44,362 bases of DNA from Armatimonadota bacterium (GTDB lineage Bacteria; Armatimonadota; UBA10988). The stretch spans positions 1-44,362 of the forward strand of contig JACRKZ010000006.1 in the NCBI GenBank assembly GCA_016235455.1, given 5' to 3'. Under the pieces are notes generated by a model. The model had not been told where the DNA came from. It saw nothing but the letters and a program-made list of their open reading frames with translations, and did not search any database. Shown piece after piece: positions 17,326 to 26,784 of this stretch. The position numbers and the translations under genes were made by a program. Position 1 is the first letter of the stretch. Every line of letters begins with the position of its first letter.

Positions 17326-19095
17326 ATGCGGCTCATGCCTGGTCAAGCCAACACTCCCACCCCCGACGACTCGCGACGCCGTGTCGACCAGCGCCTGTCG
17401 GCGCTACGCGGCCAGGTCCCCCCCAGCGGCGACCGCGGAGCGGAGCGGACGGCCGCCAGCCGCCTGCCGCGCCTGCTCTGGCCGTCGCTCGGCCTGGTGC
17501 TGCTGCTGCTCGGCGTCATCGCGGCCGTCGGCTGGCACGACCTCAAGGCTCCGCCCCCAGCCATCGCGCGCGGCCGGCTGGCCTCGGGCGTGCCGGTGCG
17601 CCTGGTCGCCGTGACGCGGGGCGCGCAGCAGACATACCGCTACGACCCCCGCGGCGGCCTGTGCGCGCGGCTGCTCAGTGCCCTGGGCGTGACTCGCGCC
17701 GACCGCGCCGTGGTCAACGATGCCCCTGTCCCGGCCGACTCCATCACGCTCTGGCTGTGGATCGGCGGTACCTACCTGGGTCCGCGCAACGGCGCCGCCT
17801 TTGGCGACGAGACCCGGCGCGAGTACCGCAACGGCCCGCTGGTGCAGCCGGTGCTGACCGGTCAGCAGGTGTGGCCGGGCTCGCGGCGACGCGGCTCCTG
17901 CAGCCTGGGCTGGGTCAGCCTGACCAGTTACGACCACACGGCGCGCAAGTTCGCCGCGGTCATCCCCGTGGGCCCGCCCGGCAGCGCCGAGCCGGGCGCG
18001 GGCGAAGTGGTCCACTTCACCGTCCAGGGGCCCGGCCAGGCGCCGACTCCCATCGAGGCCGGCAGCGAGTTCCCGGTGGTCGCGGGCGACGCCAGCGCCG
18101 ATCTCCAGCTATGGCAGCTGCGGCGGGTCACACTGCCCGTGCTGCGTTCGCTGCTGCCGCTGGGCCCGGTGCCCGAGCCGGCCGACCAGCTCGTGCTGGC
18201 CGACGTGGACGTGGTGGAGAAGGCGGCCAAGGACAAGCCGGGCCGCTGGTTCCTGCAGGTGCTCAGCGCCGCCACCGACCACGGCGAGAAGCTGCTGCCG
18301 GCCCGCCAGCGCAATGGTCTCGCGTTCCTTTCCAACGGTCGCCGCACCGAAGGGCTCGACGCCCTGGCCGTGCGGGCCCGCGCGGTCAAGGTGGCCTCGG
18401 GCGGCATGATGCTCAAGTTCCGCCAACTCGAAGTGCCGGCCGAGCGGGGCCAGACCAAGGAATGGAACGTCGCCGCGCAGGCCGAGCCGTTCCCCGGCGG
18501 ACGGTTCATCGTGCGCCGGGCCATGCGCGCCTCGGAGCGCGGGGTGCGCGTCGAGATCGAGGGCCACGGCCCCCGCGATAGTGAGTGCTCGCTGGCCTTC
18601 GTCGACGCGCTGGACCAGACCGCGCGCCACCTCAAGCTCAGCGGCGACACCAGCGCGGCGCCCGCCGAGGCCACCAATGATGCCCAGGGCTGCCATTGGC
18701 GGTGGATGCTCGATCTGACCGTGGCGCCCGACACCAAGTGGATGGGCCTGGCCTGCAACCTGGACTACCGCGCCACCATGGCCGACTCCCACGCCGAGCT
18801 CAAGGGCCGCATCGAACGCCCGCGCGCCGCCGCCGAACAGGCCGCCTGGGGTGTCATGGTCGAGCCGCGTGGCGAGCCGGTACCCAAGCTGATTGTCATC
18901 GGGCTGCAGCCGGGCAGCCGTGCCGCGTCTGGCCCTTTGCGGCCGGGCGACGAGTTGGTGCGCGTCGATAGCCTGCCGCCCTCCATGGTCAGCCGCGCGC
19001 TCATGCGCCATCAACCCTCGGACCAGATGGCGGTCACCTGGGTACGCGATGGCCAGACCTTCACCGCGCCCGTGGGCCTCGATGCCGCCAGGTAG
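17326..19095 (+). CDS. Single-TM membrane protein with C-terminal PDZ domain
   Basis: TM LLWPSLGLVLLLLGVIAAVGW; PDZ signature WGVMVE...VIGLQPGSRAASGPLRPGDELVRVD...VTWVRDG. Start codon uncertain (17317, 17326 or 17335). Confidence 0.75.
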   Translation: MRLMPGQANTPTPDDSRRRVDQRLSALRGQVPPSGDRGAERTAASRLPRLLWPSLGLVLLLLGVIAAVGWHDLKAPPPAIARGRLASGVPVRLVAVTRGAQQTYRYDPRGGLCARLLSALGVTRADRAVVNDAPVPADSITLWLWIGGTYLGPRNGAAFGDETRREYRNGPLVQPVLTGQQVWPGSRRRGSCSLGWVSLTSYDHTARKFAAVIPVGPPGSAEPGAGEVVHFTVQGPGQAPTPIEAGSEFPVVAGDASADLQLWQLRRVTLPVLRSLLPLGPVPEPADQLVLADVDVVEKAAKDKPGRWFLQVLSAATDHGEKLLPARQRNGLAFLSNGRRTEGLDALAVRARAVKVASGGMMLKFRQLEVPAERGQTKEWNVAAQAEPFPGGRFIVRRAMRASERGVRVEIEGHGPRDSECSLAFVDALDQTARHLKLSGDTSAAPAEATNDAQGCHWRWMLDLTVAPDTKWMGLACNLDYRATMADSHAELKGRIERPRAAAEQAAWGVMVEPRGEPVPKLIVIGLQPGSRAASGPLRPGDELVRVDSLPPSMVSRALMRHQPSDQMAVTWVRDGQTFTAPVGLDAAR

Positions 19096-19099
19096 GCTC

Positions 19100-19876
19100 A
19101 TGCTGGTCGATACGCACACCCACCTGCACTTCCCACACTTCGACGAAGACCGCGCCGAGGTCATCGCGCGCGCCGCCGCCGCCGGCGTAACGCGTCTCGT
19201 GGCCATCGGCACCGATCTGCCCGACTCCCGGGCGGCGGTGGCGCTGGCCGAAGCGTGGCCGGGCGTGGTCTGGGCCACCGTCGGCGTCCATCCCAACGCC
19301 GCGACCGACTTCGGCGCCGACTCTCTGGCCGAACTGCGCGATCTGGCCAGCCATCCCAGCGTGGTCGCCATCGGCGAGGTGGGGCTCGACCTGTTCCGCG
19401 ACCGGTGCCCGGTGGCCATGCAGCAGCAGGCCTTCGCCGCCCAGCAGCGGTTGGCGCTCGACCTGGGGCTGCCGCTGGTGGTCCACAGCCGCGAAGCGCA
19501 CGAGGCGGTCTACCAGTCGCTCGACGAGGTCGGCGGGTTCGTCACACGAGTCGTGGTGCACTGCTTCACCTCCCACGCACCGCAGATGATGCGCTTCGCC
19601 GAGCGCGGCTGCTGGGTGGGCCTCGATGGCCCGGTGACCTACCCCAAGGCCGTCGAGGCGCACGAGGTGGCCGACCTGGTGCCGCTCGATCGCCTGTTGC
19701 TGGAGACTGACTGCCCCTATCTGGCCCCCCAGAAGCGGCGCGGCAAGCGCTGTGAGCCGGCCGACGTGGTGGCCGTGGCGCACGAGGTGGCCCGCCGACG
19801 CGGCTTGACCCTCGACGAGGTGGCGGCGCGAACAACCGCCAACGCCATGGCGTTCTTCGGTTGGGAGACGTCATGA
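19100..19876 (+). CDS. tatD: TatD family metal-dependent hydrolase (DNase)
   Basis: DTHTHL, GVHP, AIGEVGLD, VHSREA, VHCFT, LLLETDCPYLAP. Confidence 0.93.
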   Translation: MLVDTHTHLHFPHFDEDRAEVIARAAAAGVTRLVAIGTDLPDSRAAVALAEAWPGVVWATVGVHPNAATDFGADSLAELRDLASHPSVVAIGEVGLDLFRDRCPVAMQQQAFAAQQRLALDLGLPLVVHSREAHEAVYQSLDEVGGFVTRVVVHCFTSHAPQMMRFAERGCWVGLDGPVTYPKAVEAHEVADLVPLDRLLLETDCPYLAPQKRRGKRCEPADVVAVAHEVARRRGLTLDEVAARTTANAMAFFGWETS

Positions 19877-21615
19877 AGCGCCTGGCTCCGCTGGTTCTGC
19901 TCCTGGCCGCCCTGCTGCCCGCCCGGGCCGACGACAACGAGGCCCTGCTGCGCCTGCGCGAAGGCTGGGCCGCGCTCGGCCGCGGTGCCGCCGCCGAGGC
20001 GCTGACCCGATGGGATCAGGCAGCCGCCACGGCCGCCTCGTCCAGCTACGTGTGTGAAGGGCTGGCGCGCTCGGGACAGGTCTTCGACGCGCAGTCGGCT
20101 GGCTGGCAGATCCGCCGCGACCGCCTGCTGGCCCGCTTCGCCGCCGCGCCGCCGCTGTGGCTGCACGACGACACGCGCGACCGCCTCCAGCGCGAATTGC
20201 GCGGGCGCGAGCCGGGCGCGTCGGTGCCGACGCTGGGCACCGTGCGCCTCGGCCCCAACGCCGCGCCGAGCGGGTTCCGCGGCTCACGCAGCCTGTGGTG
20301 GGCGCCGCTGACGCCCGGCGCGCCGGCCCTGGAGCCGCTCGGCGGCGAGGCCCTGCCGGCCCAGCGCGTGGCGCTCGAGACGGGTGGATGGGCCATCCTC
20401 GACCCACGCCACGCGGATCCATCGCTGTCAGCCGACCGGCGCGCCCGGTGGCGCTTCGACCGCGTGCTGGTGGGCTACACGCTGGAGCCCATCTTCACCG
20501 CCCGCGACGACTTCGGCCAGAACGTGGTCTATCCCACGGATCCCTGGTACGACGGGCAGGCCGCCATCTGGCGGCTGCGCTTCCGGCTCTACTATCCGTC
20601 AGCCGCGCTGACGCCCGGCGGCGTGGATCTGCGCGAGCCGGCCGAACGCGCGATGGACCTGCTGCTGCGCAGCCAGTGGCTGATGTGGGAGTACCTGGGC
20701 CGCCAGCCGCGCGATCCAGACGGTCGCCTGCAGCCGGTGGACATCTGGCTCTCGCCGGAAACGCTGGCCGCCGAGACTGCGGCCGTGGCCGAGGAGCTGC
20801 TGGGCAATATCTACCTGTACCGCGCCGCCGAGCCGCGCGAACCCACCGAGTGGTTCCGCCAGGTGGCCCATGAGCTGAGCCATCGCGCGCTCAGCCGCAT
20901 CGGCCGCTACCCCCAGAGCACGGCTTACGAGCCCTGGTTGGAGGGCAATGTCGGCGAACGGCTGCTGCTGCGCGCGTTGCACGAGCAGGCCGAGGAGCCG
21001 GCCGCCAACGCCGAATGGTGGCAGCGCTACCGCGCGGAGTCCTGGCAGCCGCTGGTGGACGAGTGGCTACGCGCGCCCTTGCCGGCGACACTGCCGCCGC
21101 AGGCGCTGGACACCGGCGATGCCGGCGCGCGCTGGGCGCTCGGTCTGATGTTGTGGGTGGCCGACACCCACGATGCCGCGTTCCTGCGCAACTGGATGCG
21201 CGGCATGGCACCCGGCAGCGCCTTCACCGGGGCCGAGCTAGAGCGCTCCTACCGCGTGCAGCTCGCCGAGCAGCGCTCCTGGCGCCAGAGCGCTGGTGCC
21301 GGCTGGGTGGCCGCGACGGATACGCGCCCCACGGTGACCGCCGATGGCCTGCGCCTGGAGGACGGTCAACGCGTCAAGTACCCCGTGTTCCTGCCCAAGG
21401 GCGACTGGGCCCTGCGCCTGGTGGGCGCCGGCGGCGGCCAGGTGACGACGGCCTTCAATGGCGCCAACCGCCAACTGCGGCCCGTGGGCACCGGCGACGA
21501 CTCTGCGCCGGCCCTGCTGCTGACCAGCCCAGGCACCTGGCTTAGCCTGGAGTTGGGCGGCTTCGGCGAGACGCAGCGCACGGTCCGGCAGATCGCCTGG
21601 CAACGGCGCCGTTGA
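19873..21615 (+). CDS. Secreted hypothetical protein with HExxH (possible gluzincin-like metallopeptidase)
   Basis: Signal peptide MKRLAPLVLLLAALLPARA; VAHELSH followed by PWLEG. ATGA overlap with the tatD stop. Confidence 0.7.
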   Translation: MKRLAPLVLLLAALLPARADDNEALLRLREGWAALGRGAAAEALTRWDQAAATAASSSYVCEGLARSGQVFDAQSAGWQIRRDRLLARFAAAPPLWLHDDTRDRLQRELRGREPGASVPTLGTVRLGPNAAPSGFRGSRSLWWAPLTPGAPALEPLGGEALPAQRVALETGGWAILDPRHADPSLSADRRARWRFDRVLVGYTLEPIFTARDDFGQNVVYPTDPWYDGQAAIWRLRFRLYYPSAALTPGGVDLREPAERAMDLLLRSQWLMWEYLGRQPRDPDGRLQPVDIWLSPETLAAETAAVAEELLGNIYLYRAAEPREPTEWFRQVAHELSHRALSRIGRYPQSTAYEPWLEGNVGERLLLRALHEQAEEPAANAEWWQRYRAESWQPLVDEWLRAPLPATLPPQALDTGDAGARWALGLMLWVADTHDAAFLRNWMRGMAPGSAFTGAELERSYRVQLAEQRSWRQSAGAGWVAATDTRPTVTADGLRLEDGQRVKYPVFLPKGDWALRLVGAGGGQVTTAFNGANRQLRPVGTGDDSAPALLLTSPGTWLSLELGGFGETQRTVRQIAWQRRR

Positions 21616-21651
21616 GCCGCGCGGCGGGCCACTCCCGGGTTGTTAACGGGT

Positions 21652-21681
21652 TTGACTCCCCATTGCGCGCTACACTATGAT
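21652..21681 (+). promoter_or_regulatory. Sigma70-type promoter TTGACT-N18-TATGAT upstream of the TPR/Hsp70 operon
   Basis: TTGACT 21652-21657 and TATGAT 21676-21681; AGGAG RBS before ATG 21740. Confidence 0.55.
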
Positions 21682-21739
21682 GGAATCTGTGCAGTGAGCA
21701 GGGGACCTGCGGTCATTCCGGGCCTGGGAAGTAGGAGTC

Positions 21740-22231
21740 ATGCGGCGCAACTGGCTCAATAGGGTGCTGGGTCGGGTCGACACCGAGCAGGTCCGCGCCG
21801 AGCTTCTTGCACTGGCTGCCGACGGCGATTGGGCCTCGTTACTGGCCGAATCGCTGGAAGCGTTGAAACCCTTGCCCACGGATGTCGTCATCCTCAACTG
21901 CGCGGTACGCGCGCGTCTCGCGTTGGCCGACGAGACAACCTTGGCCGAAGCGCTCGCCGAGTGCCGCGAATGGCTCGAAGCCGGCCAGGTCAGCGCCGAG
22001 GTGCCGGTGCCGCCGGAGCAGCAGGTTGAAGCCGAGTACCTGCGGGGCTGGGTGGCCACGCTCGACGGCCGCTGGGAGCAGGCGGAGCAGTGCTGGCGGA
22101 CGGTCTGGCAGGCGCAGCCTGAACGAGCCGACGCGCGCGACGGTCTGGTCAAGGCATGGACGGTCCTGGGCCGTGTGCCCGAATGGGGAGTAGCGCTGGT
22201 TGAAGCCACCCTCGCTGACAGCCGGGGATAG
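21740..22231 (+). CDS. TPR-like protein (163 aa), probably the N-terminal part of the giant TPR protein, separated by a frameshift
   Basis: TPR-like AEYLRGWVATLDGRWEQAEQCWRTVWQAQPERADARDGL; good RBS; overlaps the next ORF by 32 nt in another frame. Confidence 0.7.
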   Translation: MRRNWLNRVLGRVDTEQVRAELLALAADGDWASLLAESLEALKPLPTDVVILNCAVRARLALADETTLAEALAECREWLEAGQVSAEVPVPPEQQVEAEYLRGWVATLDGRWEQAEQCWRTVWQAQPERADARDGLVKAWTVLGRVPEWGVALVEATLADSRG

Positions 22232-25200
22232 AGAGCAGGCCTGGTCGCTGCTGCTGACCGCGTGGCATGACGCCGGCGCGGGCAATCGTCATGCGCGCCT
22301 GTCGGAGAAGGGCTTTCTGCTCTGCCAGCGGCGTTTTGGCACCGGCGATCGCGATCCCCGTCTGCTGGCCGTGCTCGGCCGCGAGGCGCTGGCCGCCAAG
22401 CGCTGGGACCGCGAGGCGCGCGAGGTGCTGGTCCTGCTCGGTGCCCTCGACCTGCCCGAGAGCGAAGCCGCCCGCCGGGCCGCCGTGCGCTGCGACGCGG
22501 CCTTGCGCGAGTATTCGCCCGCCCGCGAGACCTGGTACCGGCAGGCCCTGGCCGCCGGCTCGGTCTCCGCGGCCACGCTGCTGACCGTGGCCGCGCTACG
22601 CGGCCGCATGGAGCCCGAGGCGGCCACGGCCCTGGCCGTGCGCCGCGCCACCACCGAGCTGACCGACGCCCAGTGGCAGGCCATCGGACTGGACAAGACC
22701 GCCGCGCGACGCTGGCTGGCCCTGTGGTACAGCCGGCCCGAAGCCACGGACGTCCCCGCCGACGCCGTCTCGCTGGTCCGCGAGCAGGTGCGGCTGGACC
22801 CGACCAACACGCAGATGCTCGCCTATCTGGCCAGGGTCTTCCGGCCGCGGGCCGACGCCGCGGCGGTGGAAGTCTACGAGGCGCTGTTCCGCGTGGCGCC
22901 CGACAACGCCGACAACACATCACATCTGGCCGAGTCCCTGACCGCCGGCACCGTCACCCTGCGCGATCCCGTGCCGGTGCTCGAGCAGTGGCTGCGCAAC
23001 AGCCCCGAGAACGCCGACCGCGCCAAGATCGCCCTGGCCACCAACGCCGCGGCCACCGGGCGCGACGATGACCAGGCGCTGGCCTGGCTGGAGGCGGCCC
23101 TGGCCTTGCCGGCGGCGCCGGCCAACCTGCGCGCCTGGCTGGCCGTGCTGCGCGCCCGCCGCGGCCGGCGCGACGAGGCGAGCCTGGCGCTGTATGAATC
23201 CGTGCTGGCCGACGAGACGCCGCCAGCCGCGTGGCGGGGCGAGGTCGGCCTGGCGCTGCTGGCCAGCGACCGCGAGCGCGGAGAATTCCGCGCCGCCATC
23301 GCCGAGCGCACCTGGCATTGCCTGCCGGCCGACCGCCGTCCGGACGAGTTGGCGCTGAAGCTGGCGGAGGGCTACGTCGCCGAGGGCCGGTGCGACGCCG
23401 CGGTGGCCAGCATCTACCGGCGGGCGCACGACCTCAACCCCTATCCTGATCTGAGCCGGCTGCTGTCGCGCGCCTACCTGGTGGATGAGTCCACGCCGGT
23501 GCGCACCAAGATCGCCCACTGGCGCGCCTGTTTGGAGCTGCGCCGCGCCGAGCCCGAGATCGTGGAGGCGCTGGCCAAGGCCTACGCCTCGCTGGGCTCG
23601 GCCACCGAGGCCGCCATCTACGTGGCCGAGAGCGCGCCACCGGCCCAACGCGTCAAGCTGCTCGACGATCTGTGCCGCTACCGGTTCCGGCGCGGCGACT
23701 TCTCGGCGGCCGAGGCGCTGGCTTCGGCCATGCTGCGGCTGGTGCCCGACGACGACAGCGCCACGCGCGCCGAGGCCGGCGCCAAACTGCTGGCCTGCAA
23801 GGTGCGGCGCCGCCTGGCCGACGGGCGCAGTCTGGGCCTGATCGACACCACGCAGGTGGCCGAACTGGCCGACCACAACAAAGTCGGCGATCTGTTGGCC
23901 TTGCTGGCCGCGGCCCATGACGGCAGTGGCAGCGATGCCGAGGTGGCCGCGGCCATCGCCCGGCAGGTCGGCGAGCAGCCGGCGCTGGCGGTCGCCGCAC
24001 AGGTGCTCTCGGGTCAGCCGAGTCAGCCGGAGGCCGTGGACACCAGCCGCGCGGGCGAGGTCTGGCTACTCGCGCTCGCGGCCCACTGCGATGGTCAGCT
24101 CGAGGTCGCCGAGCGCTTGCTCGGCCGGCTGCCCGAAGCGCTGGCCCTGGCCGGTCGTGCCCTGTTCGGCGCCTTGCCCGGCGAGAGCGAAGAGCAGGCC
24201 ATCGAGCGCCTGCTGCCGGTCATCCATCGCCATGGCCCGCCGTGGGATAGCCTGCGCGCGGTGGCCCTCGACCTGCTGATCCGCTTCGCGCCGGCCGATC
24301 TGCTCGACCAGGTCTCCAACCTGCTCGACGACATGCCCGCGCTGGCCGCCGAGTTGCGCGTGATCGCCGAACTGGCCGAGCAGGACCCCCATCTGGCCAC
24401 CCAGCGCGTGGCTCAAGCGGAGACCGCCACCGACCCCGACGCTGTCTACTTGCTGCGCGACGGTCTGTGGGCCCGGCACATCTACAGGCTCATCGACGCC
24501 GACGACTATGCCGCCGCCGAGCGCGAACTGACCGAGTTCGGCAAGCTGGCCGCCGACCCCGACCGGCAGGACCAGCAGGCCAGGCTGGCGGACGCAGGCA
24601 ACTGGCTGCGCGCCCTGCTGGCGCGCCGGCGCGGCCAGACCGATCTGGCCTGGGACCGGCTGGCTCGGCTGTCGCCCGAGGCGCGCGCCGTGCCGGCCGT
24701 AGCCTGGACCGCGGCGAGCTGGCACCTGGCCGACGATGAGCCGGCCCGCGCCGAAGCCGAACTGGGCTACGCCCTGGCCGAGCGCCGCAACGATGCCGAC
24801 CTGCTGTATGCCGTGCTCAGCTTGAACGCGTCGCTGGGCCGCACCGAGAAATTCAGCCTGCTGGTCGACCCGGTGCTGGCGGCGCTGCCGGCGGACGACC
24901 CGCGCCGACCCGATGTCGACCTGCTGCGGCGCTTGATGGTGCCAGACCAGGCCGAGGTCGACCTGGACGACCTGTTCGTCGACTGCGCCCGGCTCAGCGC
25001 GCGCGATGTGCGCGTGCGGCTACTGGCGGCCATGGTCGTCGCCGCCGCGCAGATCCGCGCGCGGCGGCCGGCCGAGGCCGCCGCGCTGCTCAAGAAGCGG
25101 CTGGCCGCGCTCAACGGGGTCAAGCTGCCCACGGAACTGGCGGAGACACTGGCCGAGGTGCGCAACCTGCGCGGCTATGCCTACCTGCTGGCCGGCGACG

Positions 25201-26285
25201 CCGCCGAGGCCGAACGGCAGTTGGCGCGCCTGCCTCAGGACGACCTGGCCGCGGGCCACAACCGGGCCCGCGTGGCCGTGGAGGCCGGCGACACCGAGCG
25301 CGCCGCGGAGCTGTGGGAGCGACTGACGCCGCTGTTCGAGCAGTTGCCGTTCGACGAGGTGGCCAAAGGCTATCGCGAGGCGGCCCGGTTCGCCTGGCAT
25401 CTGAACCTGGCCGAGCTCTACCTGCAGCGCGAGGCGTGGCGCCCGGGACTGGACCACCTGGAGGTCTGCCTCAAGGTCCGGCCCTACGACATGGCCGTGC
25501 AGCGCCGCTGCATCCCGGCGCTCATCGCGCTGGGCGAGGGCGAGGTGGCGCTGTACAAGTCCGACTGGCTCATCGGCCAGCGGCCCCACGATCTGGAACT
25601 GCTCATCGAGCACGGCATGGTGCTGGCCAGCGTGCGCGGTAGCCGGGCCGGGCTCGACTATTTCGACGATCTTTCCAGGCGCCGACCCGACGCGGTCGAT
25701 GTCGTGCGTCAGAAGAAGATCGAGATGCGTGACCGCATCCTTGAAAGCTGCGCCCAGCGCGCCAAGAGCCGCGACTTCGTGGGGCTGTTCACGCTGGCCC
25801 GCGAGGTGGAGGTGCTGGTCGAGAATGACGAGGAGCGGGCCAAGGCCATCTTGCAGCAGGCCTTCGCCCTGAGCAACATGGGTGAGCAGGACCCGTCCAG
25901 CCGAGGCGCCGTGCTCGAGCAGGCGTTCGGCCGGATCGAGGAAGCGCTGGCACTTTCGCCCAGCGAACGCGTCAAGAGTCAACTGGTGGCACTGCGCGGC
26001 GCCATCGCCCCGGCGCTGGCGCCGGAGCTGGCCCGCAATGCGGGCGAGTTGCTGCGGCATCGGCGGCGGGAGTACATGACCATCACCGAGAACCTGGGCG
26101 CGCCGTCACCCGGCGCGCGCGGGCAGGTGCAGGGCCTGGCCGAGGCGTTCGAGCGCATCGTGGCCATGGCCGACCGCGCGGTGGAGCTCGGCGGCGCCGC
26201 GCAGGGCGCCGCGACAGCGGAGCTGCGGGCCGAGGCGAGCAAGCTGGCACGCGAGTGTCGGCGGCTGGAGGCGACCTGGCAATGA
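22200..26285 (+). CDS. Giant all-helical TPR/alpha-solenoid protein (1361 aa; about 1514 aa if fused with the upstream ORF)
   Basis: Repeated TPR-like units (VRLDPTNTQMLAYLA, FRVAPDNADNTSHLA, AGHNRARVAVEAGDTERAAELW, HLNLAELYLQREAW...LEVCLKVRPYD); no enzymatic motif recognised. Confidence 0.85.
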   Translation: MKPPSLTAGDREQAWSLLLTAWHDAGAGNRHARLSEKGFLLCQRRFGTGDRDPRLLAVLGREALAAKRWDREAREVLVLLGALDLPESEAARRAAVRCDAALREYSPARETWYRQALAAGSVSAATLLTVAALRGRMEPEAATALAVRRATTELTDAQWQAIGLDKTAARRWLALWYSRPEATDVPADAVSLVREQVRLDPTNTQMLAYLARVFRPRADAAAVEVYEALFRVAPDNADNTSHLAESLTAGTVTLRDPVPVLEQWLRNSPENADRAKIALATNAAATGRDDDQALAWLEAALALPAAPANLRAWLAVLRARRGRRDEASLALYESVLADETPPAAWRGEVGLALLASDRERGEFRAAIAERTWHCLPADRRPDELALKLAEGYVAEGRCDAAVASIYRRAHDLNPYPDLSRLLSRAYLVDESTPVRTKIAHWRACLELRRAEPEIVEALAKAYASLGSATEAAIYVAESAPPAQRVKLLDDLCRYRFRRGDFSAAEALASAMLRLVPDDDSATRAEAGAKLLACKVRRRLADGRSLGLIDTTQVAELADHNKVGDLLALLAAAHDGSGSDAEVAAAIARQVGEQPALAVAAQVLSGQPSQPEAVDTSRAGEVWLLALAAHCDGQLEVAERLLGRLPEALALAGRALFGALPGESEEQAIERLLPVIHRHGPPWDSLRAVALDLLIRFAPADLLDQVSNLLDDMPALAAELRVIAELAEQDPHLATQRVAQAETATDPDAVYLLRDGLWARHIYRLIDADDYAAAERELTEFGKLAADPDRQDQQARLADAGNWLRALLARRRGQTDLAWDRLARLSPEARAVPAVAWTAASWHLADDEPARAEAELGYALAERRNDADLLYAVLSLNASLGRTEKFSLLVDPVLAALPADDPRRPDVDLLRRLMVPDQAEVDLDDLFVDCARLSARDVRVRLLAAMVVAAAQIRARRPAEAAALLKKRLAALNGVKLPTELAETLAEVRNLRGYAYLLAGDAAEAERQLARLPQDDLAAGHNRARVAVEAGDTERAAELWERLTPLFEQLPFDEVAKGYREAARFAWHLNLAELYLQREAWRPGLDHLEVCLKVRPYDMAVQRRCIPALIALGEGEVALYKSDWLIGQRPHDLELLIEHGMVLASVRGSRAGLDYFDDLSRRRPDAVDVVRQKKIEMRDRILESCAQRAKSRDFVGLFTLAREVEVLVENDEERAKAILQQAFALSNMGEQDPSSRGAVLEQAFGRIEEALALSPSERVKSQLVALRGAIAPALAPELARNAGELLRHRRREYMTITENLGAPSPGARGQVQGLAEAFERIVAMADRAVELGGAAQGAATAELRAEASKLARECRRLEATWQ

Positions 26286-26315
26286 GCATTCGTGCAGCCA
26301 AGAAGGAGTGCGCCG

Positions 26316-26765
26316 ATGCGTGACGAAGGGTTCACCCTGGCTCACGGCGTGCTCAACGTGGCGCGCGCCGCCGACCTCGATGAGGTGGAAGGCACGTTCG
26401 CCCGGTTGTACAAGGCGGCGCGCCGACTGCCCAGCGGCGGCGACCATCGGCGCCAGGAGTTGAACGCCGCGCTGGAGGTGATGAGCGACCCGGACAAGCG
26501 CGCGGCGACCGAGGTGGAAGCCTACTGGGTGCCCTTGGCGGCCGACCGCGAGGTGCCCTCGGCAGAGGCGCTGGCGGCGGATCTGCTGCCGCTGCGCCTG
26601 GCGCTGCCGGCCAGCGCCGCGGAACATGTGCTGTTGCCGCCGCCGCAGGCTGTGGTAGATGAGGTTTTGAGCCGCGTCGAGGCACCCGAGGTGCCCGACG
26701 AACGGACCATACTTAGGCAATTGGCAGCCCGAGCCGCCTGGGAGCACCTGGACCCCTGGGCTTGA
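26316..26765 (+). CDS. J-domain-like protein lacking the HPD motif (149 aa)
   Basis: HGVLNVARAADLDEVEGTFARLYKAARRLPSGGDHRRQELNAALEVMSDPDKRAATE aligns by eye to the J-domain consensus, with RRL at the HPD position. AAGGAG RBS; adjacent to grpE-like and Hsp70 genes. Confidence 0.7.
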   Translation: MRDEGFTLAHGVLNVARAADLDEVEGTFARLYKAARRLPSGGDHRRQELNAALEVMSDPDKRAATEVEAYWVPLAADREVPSAEALAADLLPLRLALPASAAEHVLLPPPQAVVDEVLSRVEAPEVPDERTILRQLAARAAWEHLDPWA

Positions 26766-26784
26766 GAGGAGCCAGACCGCGGAG

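Noticed and set aside
22220-22235. Programmed ribosomal frameshift in the TPR gene
   Set aside because: No prfB-like CUU-UGA site or X-XXY-YYZ slippery heptamer with stimulator is evident; an indel or separate start is more parsimonious.
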